A stretch of 64,000 nucleotides of DNA from Gammaproteobacteria bacterium (GCA_965238225.1 OZ250183.1:704001-768000), one strand, 5' to 3'; shown: positions 20,421 to 33,318, numbered from the stretch's first letter. The notes: generated by a model not told the origin, from the sequence alone. Numbers and translations: made by a program.

Positions 20421-21326
20421 TTATGTTTGCCTATTAACTATACTTCCTGCTACTTCCAGTGCCTCTATCCGTTTCTCCAAAGGTGGGTGACTCATAAACA
20501 GGTTTTTAAATCTGCCGCCGCCACTCCCTGAAATCCCGAAAGAAGAAAATTCTCCGGGCAAATCTTGCGGGTCGCTGCCCATTTGTAAACGCTTTAAAGC
20601 TGCAATCATTTTTTGTTTGCCTACAAGCTCACCTGCCCCGGCATCAGCACGAAACTCACGCCAACGGGAGAACCACATAACAATAATGCTTGCGAATATA
20701 GACAACACTATTTGCGCGATAATGGAAGTAACGTAATAGCCGATGCCTAGACCACTTCTTGTTTTAAAAATGACTCGATCGATGAAAAAGCCGATAACGC
20801 GTGATAAAAAAATAACAAAGGTATTAATCACACCTTGTATCAACCCCATCGTAATCATATCGCCGTTACTCACATGACTAACTTCATGAGCAAGCACTGC
20901 TTCGACTTCATCTTTTGTCATGTGTTGAAGCAGTCCCGTACTCACTGCAACCAGCGCATTATTGCGGTTTATGCCTGTGGCAAAGGCATTTACTTGAGGA
21001 GACTCAAATATACCGACTTCGGGCATCCCAATATCCGCTTTCTTTGCCTGTTGTGAGACAGTATTAACCAGCCATTCTTCATTTTGATTATTAGCCGTCT
21101 TAATCACATGAACGCCCATACTTTTTTTGGCCGCCCATTTGGAGATTGCAAGCGAGATAAAGGATCCGCTAAAACCAATCACAGCAGACATAAGCAGCAA
21201 TGCATTAAGATTAAGGTCAACACCGTTGTTGTCTAATATGCCCTCGATCCCAAGTATCTGGAAAGTAATGCTGACGAGTACCAAGATAGCGGCATTAGTG
21301 GCTAGAAATAATCCTATGCGCATCAT
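20421..21326 (-). CDS. htpX: Membrane zinc metalloprotease HtpX
   Basis: MMRIGLFLATN, NAFATG, AVLAHEVSH, SRWREFRAD, SHPPLEKRI. Confidence 0.96.
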   Translation of the reverse strand: MMRIGLFLATNAAILVLVSITFQILGIEGILDNNGVDLNLNALLLMSAVIGFSGSFISLAISKWAAKKSMGVHVIKTANNQNEEWLVNTVSQQAKKADIGMPEVGIFESPQVNAFATGINRNNALVAVSTGLLQHMTKDEVEAVLAHEVSHVSNGDMITMGLIQGVINTFVIFLSRVIGFFIDRVIFKTRSGLGIGYYVTSIIAQIVLSIFASIIVMWFSRWREFRADAGAGELVGKQKMIAALKRLQMGSDPQDLPGEFSSFGISGSGGGRFKNLFMSHPPLEKRIEALEVAGSIVNRQT

Positions 21327-21463
21327 TTTATTTATCTCCCAGAAGACTATTATATATCAATAATAAGGTTCATCTTACATATCACTGAGCTATAGTATAT
21401 TCTGCCTGTTCAAAATCTTCACCAAGAAGCTAGCGAATTAATACAAAAAAGTGAATATAAGCA

Positions 21464-21946
21464 ATGAGTAAAAAGAGCCCTATTCCTCGAGGATTCCTGA
21501 AAAATCCAATTCACCTTCTTGCTTTGGGGTTTGGCACAGGCTGTGTGCCAAAAATACCTGGAACCATAGGTACGCTAGTGGGCGTTTTATTTTATTTGTT
21601 GATAGTTTATCTGCCATGGTCTGTTTATATTGGTGTCACCACCTGTTTGTTTTTATTAGGTGTTTGGTTATGCGATGTCACCGCGAATCACCTGAACGTG
21701 CATGACCACAGCGGCATTGTTTGGGATGAGATTGTTGGTTTTCTTATCACCATGATTATGGTTCCTCCTGATTGGCAATTTGTACTGCTGGGGTTTATTT
21801 TATTTCGTTTATTTGATATTTGTAAGCCGTGGCCGATTCATTGGCTAGATCGCAAGGTTTCTGGCGGTTTTGGGATCATGCTGGATGATGTTTTAGCAGG
21901 GATTTATTCTTTAATAATACTTCAAATAATCATTTATTTATTATAA
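21464..21946 (+). CDS. pgpA: Phosphatidylglycerophosphatase A
   Basis: GFGTG..PKIPGTIGT, HDHSGIVWDE, FRLFDI.KPWPI, GIMLDDVLAG. Confidence 0.94.
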   Translation: MSKKSPIPRGFLKNPIHLLALGFGTGCVPKIPGTIGTLVGVLFYLLIVYLPWSVYIGVTTCLFLLGVWLCDVTANHLNVHDHSGIVWDEIVGFLITMIMVPPDWQFVLLGFILFRLFDICKPWPIHWLDRKVSGGFGIMLDDVLAGIYSLIILQIIIYLL

Positions 21947-21980
21947 TGTTACGCCTCATTTAGAAAAAAATAGTTTAAAT

Positions 21981-22601
21981 ATGCGATTTCACCAAACATT
22001 AAATTTTCTTATATTCGCTGTGTGTGTCTTCATCATAGCGCCGCAGGCGTATGCAGATATCTATAAATACACAGACAAACACGGCCGTGTAATCCTGACT
22101 GATGCCAAAAAAAGTAGTCAATACGTCAAATTGGTAAAAACATGGAAAGGCTGGGTGCCTTCGAAAATAGACTCCTCAGGGTATAAAAATCTTGAGAAAA
22201 ACAGGAGAAAGTATTCAAATAGAATCAGTGTTATTGCTAAACGCTATAAATTACCGAAGTCTCTTATTCATGCGGTGATTACTGCGGAGTCGGCTTATGA
22301 CGTTAAAGCTGTTTCTCGCGCAGGTGCTGTAGGGTTAATGCAGCTCATGCCTGATACTGCAAAACGCTATGGCGTTAAGGATATATATAATCCTTACGAA
22401 AATATTAATGGTGGATCACAGTATTTGCGTGATCTGTTAGTTTTGTACGATAACGATTTGCGTTTGGCATTAGCAGCGTACAACGCTGGAGAAGGTGCCG
22501 TTAAACAATATAACAACAAAATTCCCCCTTACAAAGAGACCCGGAATTATGTAAAAAAAGTGATTGCCTATTACAAGCAATATAAGAAGTTGATGGGCTA
22601 G
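21981..22601 (+). CDS. Secreted SLT-domain lytic transglycosylase with DUF4124-like N-terminus
   Basis: Signal peptide, IYKYTDKHGRV, AES, GAVGLMQLMP, ALAAYNAGE, IPPYKETRNYV. Confidence 0.9.
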   Translation: MRFHQTLNFLIFAVCVFIIAPQAYADIYKYTDKHGRVILTDAKKSSQYVKLVKTWKGWVPSKIDSSGYKNLEKNRRKYSNRISVIAKRYKLPKSLIHAVITAESAYDVKAVSRAGAVGLMQLMPDTAKRYGVKDIYNPYENINGGSQYLRDLLVLYDNDLRLALAAYNAGEGAVKQYNNKIPPYKETRNYVKKVIAYYKQYKKLMG

Positions 22602-22752
22602 CAGAGTCAGGTAAGCCAAGGTTGACCAGTCATTCGTATTCTACGAGTTAGTCAATGATTAATCATTAGGCAAATCTTCTGCCAATTTCTGGTGAATTTA
22701 ATATTATTATTTTTTAAGGTTTTAGTTCCTTCATTTTTTATCAAGCTGGAAA

Positions 22753-23328
22753 TTAGTGTTTTTTTATTATGGCATAGAGTGCACCCGTACCACCATCAAA
22801 AGAGGGTGCAGAGCAGAATGCCAGAATTGAATCATAGTGTTGTAACCAGTTATTCAATTTGTTTTTTAATACAGGGATATTATTTTCTGAGCTATTACCT
22901 TTGCCGTGAATAATTCTTACATAGCGACAGTTTTTTAGTTGGCAGTGCGAAAGAAAATTATTTAATTCTTGTTTGGCTACATTAACAGTCATACCGTGAA
23001 GGTCTAATTCGGATTCTATCGGCAACTGACCACGACAAAGCTTACGCATGATTTTTTTCTGTATACCATTTCCTCTAAAATAGAGTTTGTCGTTAATCTC
23101 AACATCTTCAATATTGGTCAGATCATTAGTTGTTTTATTGTATGTCGTTTGCTTGCTAATATTTTTTTGAGTTGAGGTAATCTGATTCGGAACAGTTTGA
23201 TTTATAACAGGCGCAGGTTTGGGTGTAGATAAATTCACACCATCGTGCTCTACTGTGTCCACAGTGCCGACTGTTTGGCGAAATAGTTCACTGTCTTCTT
23301 TTGTCACGCCTTTTGCATTAGACATCAT
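22753..23328 (-). CDS. Smr/MutS2 C-terminal domain endonuclease (SmrA-like)
   Basis: LDLHG, IIHGKG, PVLK, GGTGA. Confidence 0.9.
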   Translation of the reverse strand: MMSNAKGVTKEDSELFRQTVGTVDTVEHDGVNLSTPKPAPVINQTVPNQITSTQKNISKQTTYNKTTNDLTNIEDVEINDKLYFRGNGIQKKIMRKLCRGQLPIESELDLHGMTVNVAKQELNNFLSHCQLKNCRYVRIIHGKGNSSENNIPVLKNKLNNWLQHYDSILAFCSAPSFDGGTGALYAIIKKH

Positions 23329-23462
23329 TTACCCGTTGTATATATTCTCATTGTCTATATTCATGGTATGTCAGTTTATATCGGATTGTAAGATAAAAAG
23401 TATTTTTAGATAAACATTATAATAAAGTAAAAAAATTTACCTTATACGAACGATCCAATATA

Positions 23463-26400
23463 TCAAGCAACCCACTGGCGCGCGTTATAAAATATTCTCA
23501 TCCATGGCCCGTTCTCGGCATCCCATGAATCGGGTAGCCACGAATATTGTTTTTTCAAAAAAACTCTTTCAGGGTGTGGCATCATGATGGTGAAACGACC
23601 ATCTCTTGTGGTAAATCCTGTCTGACCCTTGGGCGATCCATTAGGGTTCATAGGATAGATCTCGGTAACATTAGCTTTATAGTCAACATATTGCATTATC
23701 GCAATTGCCTTATTTGCTGATTGTTTGTCTTGATGCGCGACGCGACCTTCCCCATGTGCAACAACGATAGGTAGTTTGGAATGTTGCATATCTGTTAAAA
23801 ATATAGACGGTGAGCTGAGTATTTTTATCATGATCAATCGTGCTTCGAATTGCTCAGAGACATTGCGATTAAAAACAGGCCAATGTTCTGCTCCGGGGAT
23901 AATGTTTTTTAAATGAGAGAACATCTGGCAGCCGTTACACACACCAAGACCAAAGCTATCTTGTCTTTCAAAGAATGACTGAAATTCGTTACGTGCTATT
24001 TCATTAAATAAAATAGAGTTTGCCCAGCCTCGTCCGGCACCGAGGACATCACCATAAGAAAACCCACCGCACGCAGCTAAGCCTTTAAATGATTTAAGTG
24101 ACACTGTACCTGCAATGATATCACTCATATGAACGTCAATACATTCAAACTCAGCATGATGAAATGCTGCGGCCATTTCAACCTGCCCATTGATACCTTG
24201 CTCACGCAAAATAGCTATTTTTGGTTTTACACCAGTGTTTATGTAGTGTGCATGAATCTTTTCGTCTGCATCAAATTTAGTATCTACAAATAAACCATTA
24301 TCATCTTTTTCAAGCAAACGGTCATATTCCTGTTTGGCAGAGATAGGGTTGTCTCTTAACGCTTGCATCCTGAAAGTTGTTTCAGACCATGAACGATGTA
24401 GTGAAAGAATTCCTTCTGAAAAAATAGTTTTATTATTTTTAATTATTCTTAGTTGGCGATCTTGATTTAGTGTTCCAATATCATGAATATTTTTTTGTAG
24501 AGATTCTGAATCTTTAAATACTTTATAAACTTCTTGTATATCTTCAGAGCGTATTTGTATAACAGCGCCTAATTCTTCGTTGAATAAAGCTGCAATTATT
24601 TCGCACGAAAAATCCAGATTAATGTTGATACCTTTACGCGCTGCAAAAGCCATTTCACATAGTGTGGCAAATAACCCGCCATCAGAGCGATCGTGATATG
24701 CTAGAATAATACCTGCTTCATTTAACAATTGAATTGATCTGAAAAACACTTTTAGATCATGAGGGTTTTCAATATTAGGCGTGTTACCAGAGATTTTCTG
24801 ATAAACCTGAGTTAAACAGGAACCACCTAAACGATTCTTTCCAAGACCTAAGTCAATCAATAATAATCGTGTTTCCTCTTGATTAATCTTGAGTTCTGGG
24901 GTGAGAGATTGGCGCACGTCAATGACAGGTGAAAATGCTGCAATGGTTAATGACAGCGGTGAAGTGACTTGTTTTTTTTTGTCAGAATCTTGGTGAGACC
25001 ACACCGTGTTCATTGATAGAGAATCTTTACCTACTGGAATACATATCCCAAGTTCCTGGCAGAGTTCGCTAACAGCATGCACTGTGTTAAAGAGTTTTAC
25101 ATCTTCATCACCTTGTCCGCAGGCGGCCATCCAGTTTGCAGAGAAAACAATATCTTCCATTTGAAGAATTCTTGCAGCGGCAATGTTTGTGATTGCCTCA
25201 CCAATAGCCATTCGTCCGGAAGCGGGCGCATCAATTAATGCAATGGGCGCACGTTCGCCTATCGCCATGGCTTCTCCTGTATAGGCATCAAAAGAACTGG
25301 TTGTGATGGCGCAATCCGCAATAGGTGTTTGCCATGCGCCGACCATTTGATCCCGTATAACCAGACCGGAAACAGAACGATCACCAATGGTAATCAGAAA
25401 ACTTTTGTCTGCCACAACAGGTAGATGCAATATTCTGTGAGCAGAATCTTTTATATTTAAGGTTTCACTTTTAAATTTATTATAAGTTTGCATCTGTGTT
25501 TGAGCTGTTCTCCTCAAACGAGGTATCTTGCCTAGTAATAATGACAAAGGTAAATCAACAGCTTTGTTGTTAAATAGTTCATCATTCAAAGTCAGGCTCT
25601 GTTCTTTGGTAGTTTCACCAAGAATTGCAAAAGGTGCACGTTCACGTTCGCAAAGATGACTGAAACATTCGATAGATTCTGAAGCTATGGCGAGGACATA
25701 GCGTTCCTGAGATTCGTTGCACCAGATGGCCATGGGTGACATTCCCGGCTCATCATTGGGGATCTTGCGTAATTCAAATGTTGCGCCCCGCTGATTGTCA
25801 TTGATCAATTCCAAAAGCGCATTTGACAAGCCTCCTGCACCGACATCGTGAATAGAAATGATTGGATTTGATTCGTTCAATGCCAAGCAGGCATCAATAA
25901 CCTCCTGACAACGTCGTTGTATTTCCGGGTTCTCTCTTTGTACGGAAGCAAAATCAAGATTCTCTCTACTTTTACCTGAGGTCATCGATGATGCAGACCC
26001 CCCTCCAATCCCGATAAGCATCGCAGGGCCGCCAAGGACGATTATTTTTGCAGCAGCAGGAATATTACCTTTTTCAATATGCGCATTTCTAATCATTCCA
26101 TAACCGCCTGCGAGCATAATGGGTTTATGGTAGCCACGGATGATTTGGCACTTTGCTTCTTTTTGTTCGTAGCTACGGAAATAGCCAGCAAGTGCAGGCC
26201 TGCCAAATTCATTGTTGAATGATGCTGCACCTATGGAACCTTCCAACATAATATCTAGGGCAGAGGCTATGCGGTAAGGTTTGTCGTGGTCGATTTCCCA
26301 AGCCTGATGAAAATCAGGAATGTTGAGATTTGATACAGAAAAACCAGTCAGACATGCCTTTGGTTTTGCGCCACGACCTGTCGCAGCTTCATCTCTGATT

Positions 26401-27359
26401 TCCCCACCAGAACCTGTCGATGCCCCGGCGTAAGGAGAGATGGCTGTGGGATGGTTATGTGTTTCTACCTTCATCAAAATATGGACATCTTCCTCGATCA
26501 CTTGATATTGATGTGACTTAGGATTTGGAAAAAATCTAGATGCAGAATAACCTGTGGTGACTGCAGAATTATCACTGTATGCAGATAATACTTTGCCAGG
26601 ATTTTTTTGATGAGTTTGTCGAATCATATCGAAGAGAGAGTCGTTTTTGTGTTTTCCATCAATAATCCATTCAGAATTAAATATTTTGTGGCGGCAGTGC
26701 TCAGAATTTGCCTGCGCAAACATCATCAGTTCCACATCGGTAGGATTGCGACCAAGTTCTTTGAAACTATTTAACAAATAATCAATTTCTAGTGCCGAGA
26801 GTGCCAGTCCCATTTCAATATTGGATTGTTCCAGTGTTTTTTTACCTGATGCCAATAGGTTTATAGTTTTAAGGGCGGCAGCATTTGATGTTTGGAAAAG
26901 AATCTGCGCCTGATCAATATCATTCATTACCATTTCGGTCATGCGATCATGGAGAACAGGTGTAATAAGTCTAATATCTGAGCCGCTTATCTTTAAACCA
27001 TCAGAACCAAATATACGCCAAGCAATACCTCTTTCTACGCGCAGGATATTATTCATTCTACAATTTTTAAGGATATCGCTTGCTTTGCTTGACCAAGGGG
27101 AAATGGTGCCAGATCTTGGTGTTACCAAAACGAAAGTAGATGCTGTTTCATCTTCCTGCTGAGGATATTCTTGCTCGGATCCAAGTAGAATAATATTGAG
27201 TTGCGCGATTTCACTCGTCTCAAGTTTGTTTCGAGAGTGAATGAAATAAATGAATTGGCTGTCTATGTATGCAACGTTGGGTACTTTTTGTTTTACAGTG
27301 GAAAGTATCTTGTTAATTCTAAATTCGGAAAGAGCGACCTTGCCGCGGAAAATATGCAT
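23463..27359 (-). CDS. purL: Phosphoribosylformylglycinamidine synthase (large form)
   Basis: AQANSEHCRH, KVETHNHPT, HDVGAGG, GVCNGCQ, MMPHPER. 1298 aa. Confidence 0.97.
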   Translation of the reverse strand: MHIFRGKVALSEFRINKILSTVKQKVPNVAYIDSQFIYFIHSRNKLETSEIAQLNIILLGSEQEYPQQEDETASTFVLVTPRSGTISPWSSKASDILKNCRMNNILRVERGIAWRIFGSDGLKISGSDIRLITPVLHDRMTEMVMNDIDQAQILFQTSNAAALKTINLLASGKKTLEQSNIEMGLALSALEIDYLLNSFKELGRNPTDVELMMFAQANSEHCRHKIFNSEWIIDGKHKNDSLFDMIRQTHQKNPGKVLSAYSDNSAVTTGYSASRFFPNPKSHQYQVIEEDVHILMKVETHNHPTAISPYAGASTGSGGEIRDEAATGRGAKPKACLTGFSVSNLNIPDFHQAWEIDHDKPYRIASALDIMLEGSIGAASFNNEFGRPALAGYFRSYEQKEAKCQIIRGYHKPIMLAGGYGMIRNAHIEKGNIPAAAKIIVLGGPAMLIGIGGGSASSMTSGKSRENLDFASVQRENPEIQRRCQEVIDACLALNESNPIISIHDVGAGGLSNALLELINDNQRGATFELRKIPNDEPGMSPMAIWCNESQERYVLAIASESIECFSHLCERERAPFAILGETTKEQSLTLNDELFNNKAVDLPLSLLLGKIPRLRRTAQTQMQTYNKFKSETLNIKDSAHRILHLPVVADKSFLITIGDRSVSGLVIRDQMVGAWQTPIADCAITTSSFDAYTGEAMAIGERAPIALIDAPASGRMAIGEAITNIAAARILQMEDIVFSANWMAACGQGDEDVKLFNTVHAVSELCQELGICIPVGKDSLSMNTVWSHQDSDKKKQVTSPLSLTIAAFSPVIDVRQSLTPELKINQEETRLLLIDLGLGKNRLGGSCLTQVYQKISGNTPNIENPHDLKVFFRSIQLLNEAGIILAYHDRSDGGLFATLCEMAFAARKGININLDFSCEIIAALFNEELGAVIQIRSEDIQEVYKVFKDSESLQKNIHDIGTLNQDRQLRIIKNNKTIFSEGILSLHRSWSETTFRMQALRDNPISAKQEYDRLLEKDDNGLFVDTKFDADEKIHAHYINTGVKPKIAILREQGINGQVEMAAAFHHAEFECIDVHMSDIIAGTVSLKSFKGLAACGGFSYGDVLGAGRGWANSILFNEIARNEFQSFFERQDSFGLGVCNGCQMFSHLKNIIPGAEHWPVFNRNVSEQFEARLIMIKILSSPSIFLTDMQHSKLPIVVAHGEGRVAHQDKQSANKAIAIMQYVDYKANVTEIYPMNPNGSPKGQTGFTTRDGRFTIMMPHPERVFLKKQYSWLPDSWDAENGPWMRIFYNARQWVA

Positions 27360-27474
27360 CTAGTTTGAAATGATTTTCTAATTTAAAACGATTCTAAGGG
27401 TAGTTTCAGAAGATGTCAGTGTAGCAGTAAACAAAGGCAATGATCAGCTTGTAAATTTTTTTCATGCTTTTTTG

Positions 27475-27992
27475 TTACAATATCACGTTTCTCAAATCTG
27501 GATCAGATGTTGCCATTTGCCACATCTCTGAAAATTGCCTGAGCAGATTGTTAGAGTGGCGGCGGTCTTTAAAATTTTCTGTGCCTTCGTAGTAATTTCC
27601 GTTATTCTTGCGAATATAGCCCATCGCATCTGCCACCATCAGGCAGCTATTATAATCATCATATGAGTAATGTGCTTTTCGTAACTCGATAAAGGAGCTT
27701 AATTTTCCAGATAATTCGAGCAAACGACACCCGTGTTTTATAATAGCGGCGGGTTCAAAGATGATAATCTAAATTATGGTACGTTTGTGAAGAAGCGCAA
27801 GATATTTTACTGCACCGACAAACTCTTTAAAGAAGTGCCAAATATAACCGAGTCTAGTGTTCTGCTAATAATATTCAGGCTGTTTTGACATTGTTCTGTC
27901 ATATGTCTGGCAATGGTAATATTTTCAGTGCGGTTTTCAAGCTGCAAGACTTTATCAGTTTTCCCAAGCTGATAACTTTCAATATCACGCAT
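27475..27992 (-). pseudogene. Conserved hypothetical protein (purB-linked, DUF7931-like), split by a frameshift and a stop
   Basis: Two ORF-track fragments join through KEFVGAVKYLALLHKRTII*IIIFEPAAIIKHGCRLLELS. Frameshift near 27830, TAG at 27769-27771. The family name is from memory and unverified. Confidence 0.7.
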
Positions 27993-28023
27993 AGTTTGAT
28001 ACTCTTTTAAGACATACGCATAG

Positions 28024-29409
<1,386 letters not shown>

Positions 29410-29537
29410 TTAGTGTTTCCCATGCGCCTAAATAGATTTTCAATATCTAATATGCAAGCATTCTATACCCAAACCACTTGAAAACCTGTATTTCTACAGT
29501 GGTTTAAGGCGTAAATTTTTGTTGTTTATGGATTTGT

Positions 29538-30578
29538 TTATGGACATGGATTTGGTTGCCTGTTATGGATATTGTCAATTTCACGCAAAACATCCTTGGA
29601 AAGACTGATATTTGCGCTTTCGATATTTGATTTCAGTTGAATCATATTTGTTGCACCAATAATATTACTACTTAGAAATGGACGAGAATTAACAAAGGCC
29701 AGCGCCATTTGTGCAGGGTTCAGTCCGCTGGCTTTTGCAAGATCAACATAGGCCTTCGTGCAGGCGATTCCATTTTCATTGATATATCGGGAAAACTGTT
29801 TAAATAATGTGATTCGTGCACCCTCAGGTTTTGCGTTATTTAGATATTTCCCGCTCAAAACGCCAAAAGCCAAGGGTGAATAGGCCAGTAAGCCAACATC
29901 TTCACGGTGTGAAAATTCTGACAAACCAACCTCAAAACTGCGGTTTAATAAATTATAAGGATTTTGTATTGAAACAATTCTGGGAAAGTGTTTGTCAGTT
30001 GCTACCCGTAAATATTCTGAAACGCCCCAAGCTGTTTCATTAGAGATGCCAACATACCTTATCTTACCAGCTTGCACTAGATTACCCAGCACACCGAGCG
30101 TTTCTTCAATCGGCACGCCATCTTTATTGGGGGTATGATAGTAGCCTAGTTTGCCGAAATAATTAGTATCTCGCTCTGGCCAATGTAATTGGTACACGTC
30201 AAGGTAATCTGTTTGTAATCTTTTTAAACTGTCATTCAAGGCAGTTTCAATATTTTCTCGGTCTAGTTTGACCTTGTTGTTTCTAATATAAGGTATCCAG
30301 TCTGCTGAGGCACAAACTTTAGACGCAATGACTAATTTATCGCGGTTTTTTCGTTTATTTAACCAATTACCCAAATAGGTTTCCGTTCTGCCTTGGGTTT
30401 CTTCCATGGTTGCGATTGGGTAGAGTTCTGCGGTATCGATAAAGTTAATCCCTGAATCAACAGCATAATCCAGTTGTTCGTAGGCTTCAGTTTCAGTGTT
30501 TTGTTCGCCCCATGTCATGCTACCAAGACAAAGCAGGCTTACTTCAATATCAGTTCGCCCCAAGCGTTTATATTTCAT
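29538..30578 (-). CDS. tas: NADP(H)-dependent aldo/keto reductase (Tas-like)
   Basis: LGSMTWGEQN, DTAELY, YQLHWP, SNET, QNPYNLLNR, YSPLAFG. Confidence 0.88.
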   Translation of the reverse strand: MKYKRLGRTDIEVSLLCLGSMTWGEQNTETEAYEQLDYAVDSGINFIDTAELYPIATMEETQGRTETYLGNWLNKRKNRDKLVIASKVCASADWIPYIRNNKVKLDRENIETALNDSLKRLQTDYLDVYQLHWPERDTNYFGKLGYYHTPNKDGVPIEETLGVLGNLVQAGKIRYVGISNETAWGVSEYLRVATDKHFPRIVSIQNPYNLLNRSFEVGLSEFSHREDVGLLAYSPLAFGVLSGKYLNNAKPEGARITLFKQFSRYINENGIACTKAYVDLAKASGLNPAQMALAFVNSRPFLSSNIIGATNMIQLKSNIESANISLSKDVLREIDNIHNRQPNPCP

Positions 30579-30634
30579 AATAGTGATAACACAATCTCAG
30601 ACAAAAGAAAGCACAGTATGATACCTTAAAACGT

Positions 30635-31681
30635 ATGAAAATATTGACACTAACGAAACCTGATGACATGCATTTGCATTTAAGGGAGGGCGATGAAATG
30701 CGCGATGTTCTGGCAAGTTCCGCCAAGCAGTTTGCCCGCGCTATCATCATGCCCAATCTTAAGTCGCCGGTAGTCTCAACAAAAAAGGCTCTGGCGTATC
30801 GGCAGAGCATTATTAAAAGCCTGCCTGAAGACATAAAAGCAGACGGCGGATTTACGCCGCTTATGACGCTCTATTTGACCGAAAATATGACAGCGGCTGA
30901 AATTAGTGAAGCGAGAGAAAGCGCTTATATTCATGCCGTAAAATATTATCCCGCAGGGGTAACCACGAATTCAGAGCACGGGGTGGATGTCATTCAAAAT
31001 ATGTATCCGGTATTACAAGAGATGGCAGAACAAAACCTTCCTTTGCTGGTTCATGGCGAAGTGAACAACAAAGACGTGGATATTTTTGATCGAGAAGCAA
31101 TCTTTATTGAAAAAATACTATGTCCGTTGATGGATAATATTCCTAATTTGCGCATTGTCTTTGAACATATCACCACCAAAGACGCTGTTGATTTTGTCAA
31201 ACAAGGTTCTATGCATATTGCCGCTACGATTACGCCACAACATCTTTTATTGAATCGCAATGCCTTGTTTGATGAAGGCTTGCGCCCACACCATTATTGT
31301 TTGCCAGTATTAAAATCAGAAAAACACCGACGCGCTGTGCTTGCCGCTGCAACCAGCGGTAATCCAAAATTCTTTTTAGGCACAGACAGTGCGCCACACA
31401 CAAAGCCAGCGAAACAGTCAAGCTGTGGTTGCGCTGGGATTTATTCTGCGTATAGCGCCATTGAGCTTTATGCAGAAGTCTTTGAAGCGGCAGATTGTTT
31501 GGATAAATTAGAAGCCTTCGCAAGCCACCATGGTGCGGATTTTTATGGCTTACCAAGAAATAAAAACACCATTACCTTGAGAAAAAATCGCTGGCAGATT
31601 CCCAGCGTTTTACCTTTCGGCGAATCAGAAATTATCCCATTTCGTGCAGGAGAATTTTGCGAGTGGCAGATGAAAGAATAA
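30635..31681 (+). CDS. pyrC: Dihydroorotase (type II)
   Basis: [36 protein letters not shown]. Confidence 0.96.
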   Translation: MKILTLTKPDDMHLHLREGDEMRDVLASSAKQFARAIIMPNLKSPVVSTKKALAYRQSIIKSLPEDIKADGGFTPLMTLYLTENMTAAEISEARESAYIHAVKYYPAGVTTNSEHGVDVIQNMYPVLQEMAEQNLPLLVHGEVNNKDVDIFDREAIFIEKILCPLMDNIPNLRIVFEHITTKDAVDFVKQGSMHIAATITPQHLLLNRNALFDEGLRPHHYCLPVLKSEKHRRAVLAAATSGNPKFFLGTDSAPHTKPAKQSSCGCAGIYSAYSAIELYAEVFEAADCLDKLEAFASHHGADFYGLPRNKNTITLRKNRWQIPSVLPFGESEIIPFRAGEFCEWQMKE

Positions 31682-32382
31682 GCACTCAAGAACAAACTGA
31701 CCAAGAACAAATTAGCCAAGAAGAAATGAACTTAGGCAGCATTAGCAAACAGCAACAAACAATTGTCTGCGGGCGATTCCGCGGTTATTACCCGGTCGTA
31801 GTTGATGTTGAAACCGGCGGCTTTAATGCAAAGACTGATGCCTTGTTAGAAATTGCCGCTGCGACATTTTCAGTTGATGAACAGGGTGCTTGGTTCATGG
31901 ATGAATGTTTATCAAGGCATATTGAGCCTTTTGAGGGGAGTACGCTAGAACCCGCCGCCATGGAATTTACCGGCATTAATCCCGAGCATCCGTTTCGAAA
32001 GCAAATCGCTGTGTCTGAAAAGGAGGCACTGCAGGATATATTCAAGATGGCGCGCAAGAAGATGAAGGCTTATGGTTGTAAACGCGCCATACTTGTAGGT
32101 CATAATCCCTCGTTTGATTTGGGCTTTGTTCAAGCGGCAGCAGCAAGGTCAGACATCAAAAAATCTCCGTTTCATCCCTTTAGCACTTTTGATACAGTAA
32201 CCCTAGGCGGGCTTGTCTATGGACAAACTGTATTATCCAAAGTCGTCATCGCTGCCGGCATTTCTTGGGATGAAAAGCAGGCGCATTCAGCACGTTATGA
32301 CACTGAAAAAACCGCCAAATTATTTTGCAATATTGTCAATCAGTGGCGTATTTCTGATGATAAAGCAAGCAATAGAGCCTGA
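31663..32382 (+). CDS. rnt: Ribonuclease T
   Basis: [38 protein letters not shown]. Start uncertain (GTG 31663 or ATG 31726). Confidence 0.94.
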   Translation: MADERISTQEQTDQEQISQEEMNLGSISKQQQTIVCGRFRGYYPVVVDVETGGFNAKTDALLEIAAATFSVDEQGAWFMDECLSRHIEPFEGSTLEPAAMEFTGINPEHPFRKQIAVSEKEALQDIFKMARKKMKAYGCKRAILVGHNPSFDLGFVQAAAARSDIKKSPFHPFSTFDTVTLGGLVYGQTVLSKVVIAAGISWDEKQAHSARYDTEKTAKLFCNIVNQWRISDDKASNRA

Positions 32383-32395
32383 GCAATAGAGCCTG
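32368..32395 (+). repeat. Perfect 14-bp tandem duplication AGCAATAGAGCCTG x2 over the rnt stop codon
   Basis: Read directly: 32368-32381 and 32382-32395. Confidence 0.9.
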
Positions 32396-32433
32396 ATAAA
32401 AGATTTATTTCTATTAAATATTAATTGTAACTT

Positions 32434-33318
32434 ATGACCAGCCAACATGCAGAAGATCAAAAACGAGGAGAGCTTTATTATGCCGAGGAAATGGCAAAGA
32501 AACTAAAAGTAGATTGGCAAATATCATCTTCACCCAATGAAACAGAATATCCGGATTTGATCGTGTGTGAAAAGGTGAATGGCAAACGGCATAAATTTTG
32601 ACTTGAGGTGAGACAATTTTTTGCTGCTGAGGTTAAAGAAATTTCTGATGAGGTTTTTAAGGAATTTAGCAAGAAAAAATTAGCACAAGGAATAGAATAT
32701 AATTCTAAAGAGGAATCAGAAGAAGCTCTAAGGAAGGAAGGAGTAAAAGAAACTAGAGCTCAGGAAGAAGAAAACAAGCGCATACTGCATGAGCTTGCTT
32801 CCGACTATTATGCAAAATCTAAAACACCAATAGGGGTTAATATTAGTATGAATAATGGGTCTGGAAAATTATCAGCACTGACTGAAAAGGATAAATCTAA
32901 AATTCTGTTAGAACTGCGTAAATTTTCTAAAAATAGCAGTGAGTGGCAGAAGAAGCGTATCAAATATAATGGAAATTTAACAATTCATGTTACTCATTAT
33001 CCAGATAAGTGCGTTGAGCTTCCTGATTATAAATCTATTAAATTCCGCAATTGGAAGTTTCTTAACGATTGTATCGCATGGAATGCGAAAATCTCCAAGA
33101 AAAAGCTTCAGCATTTAGTTTCTGAGAAAGAAGAGAAATTGGATAAATATCGAACGTATCTAAAAGATGTCAGGCTGATGTTGGTGGCTGACAAACGCTA
33201 TGGTTCCGGCATGATTCGCCTTGAAGGTGATAATACTTTAACTACACGAAGTAGTTTTAACGAAGTCTATTTGTTCATCATGCCTGACAAGGTTTATAAG
33301 CTCAATCCTCCTCAATAA
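32434..33318 (+). pseudogene. Orphan hypothetical with PD-(D/E)xK-like N-terminus, interrupted by one in-frame TGA
   Basis: ATG 32434 is in frame with ORF 32608..33318: MTSQHAEDQKRGELYYAEE...NETEYPDLIVCEKVNGKRHKF*LEVRQFF. TGA at 32599-32601. Confidence 0.7.

Noticed and set aside
31682-31728. Three imperfect 15-bp repeats ([15 protein letters not shown]) at the rnt 5' end, considered as a CRISPR-like or regulatory array
   Set aside because: Short, in frame, no spacers and no cas genes. Best read as a low-complexity N-terminal extension.
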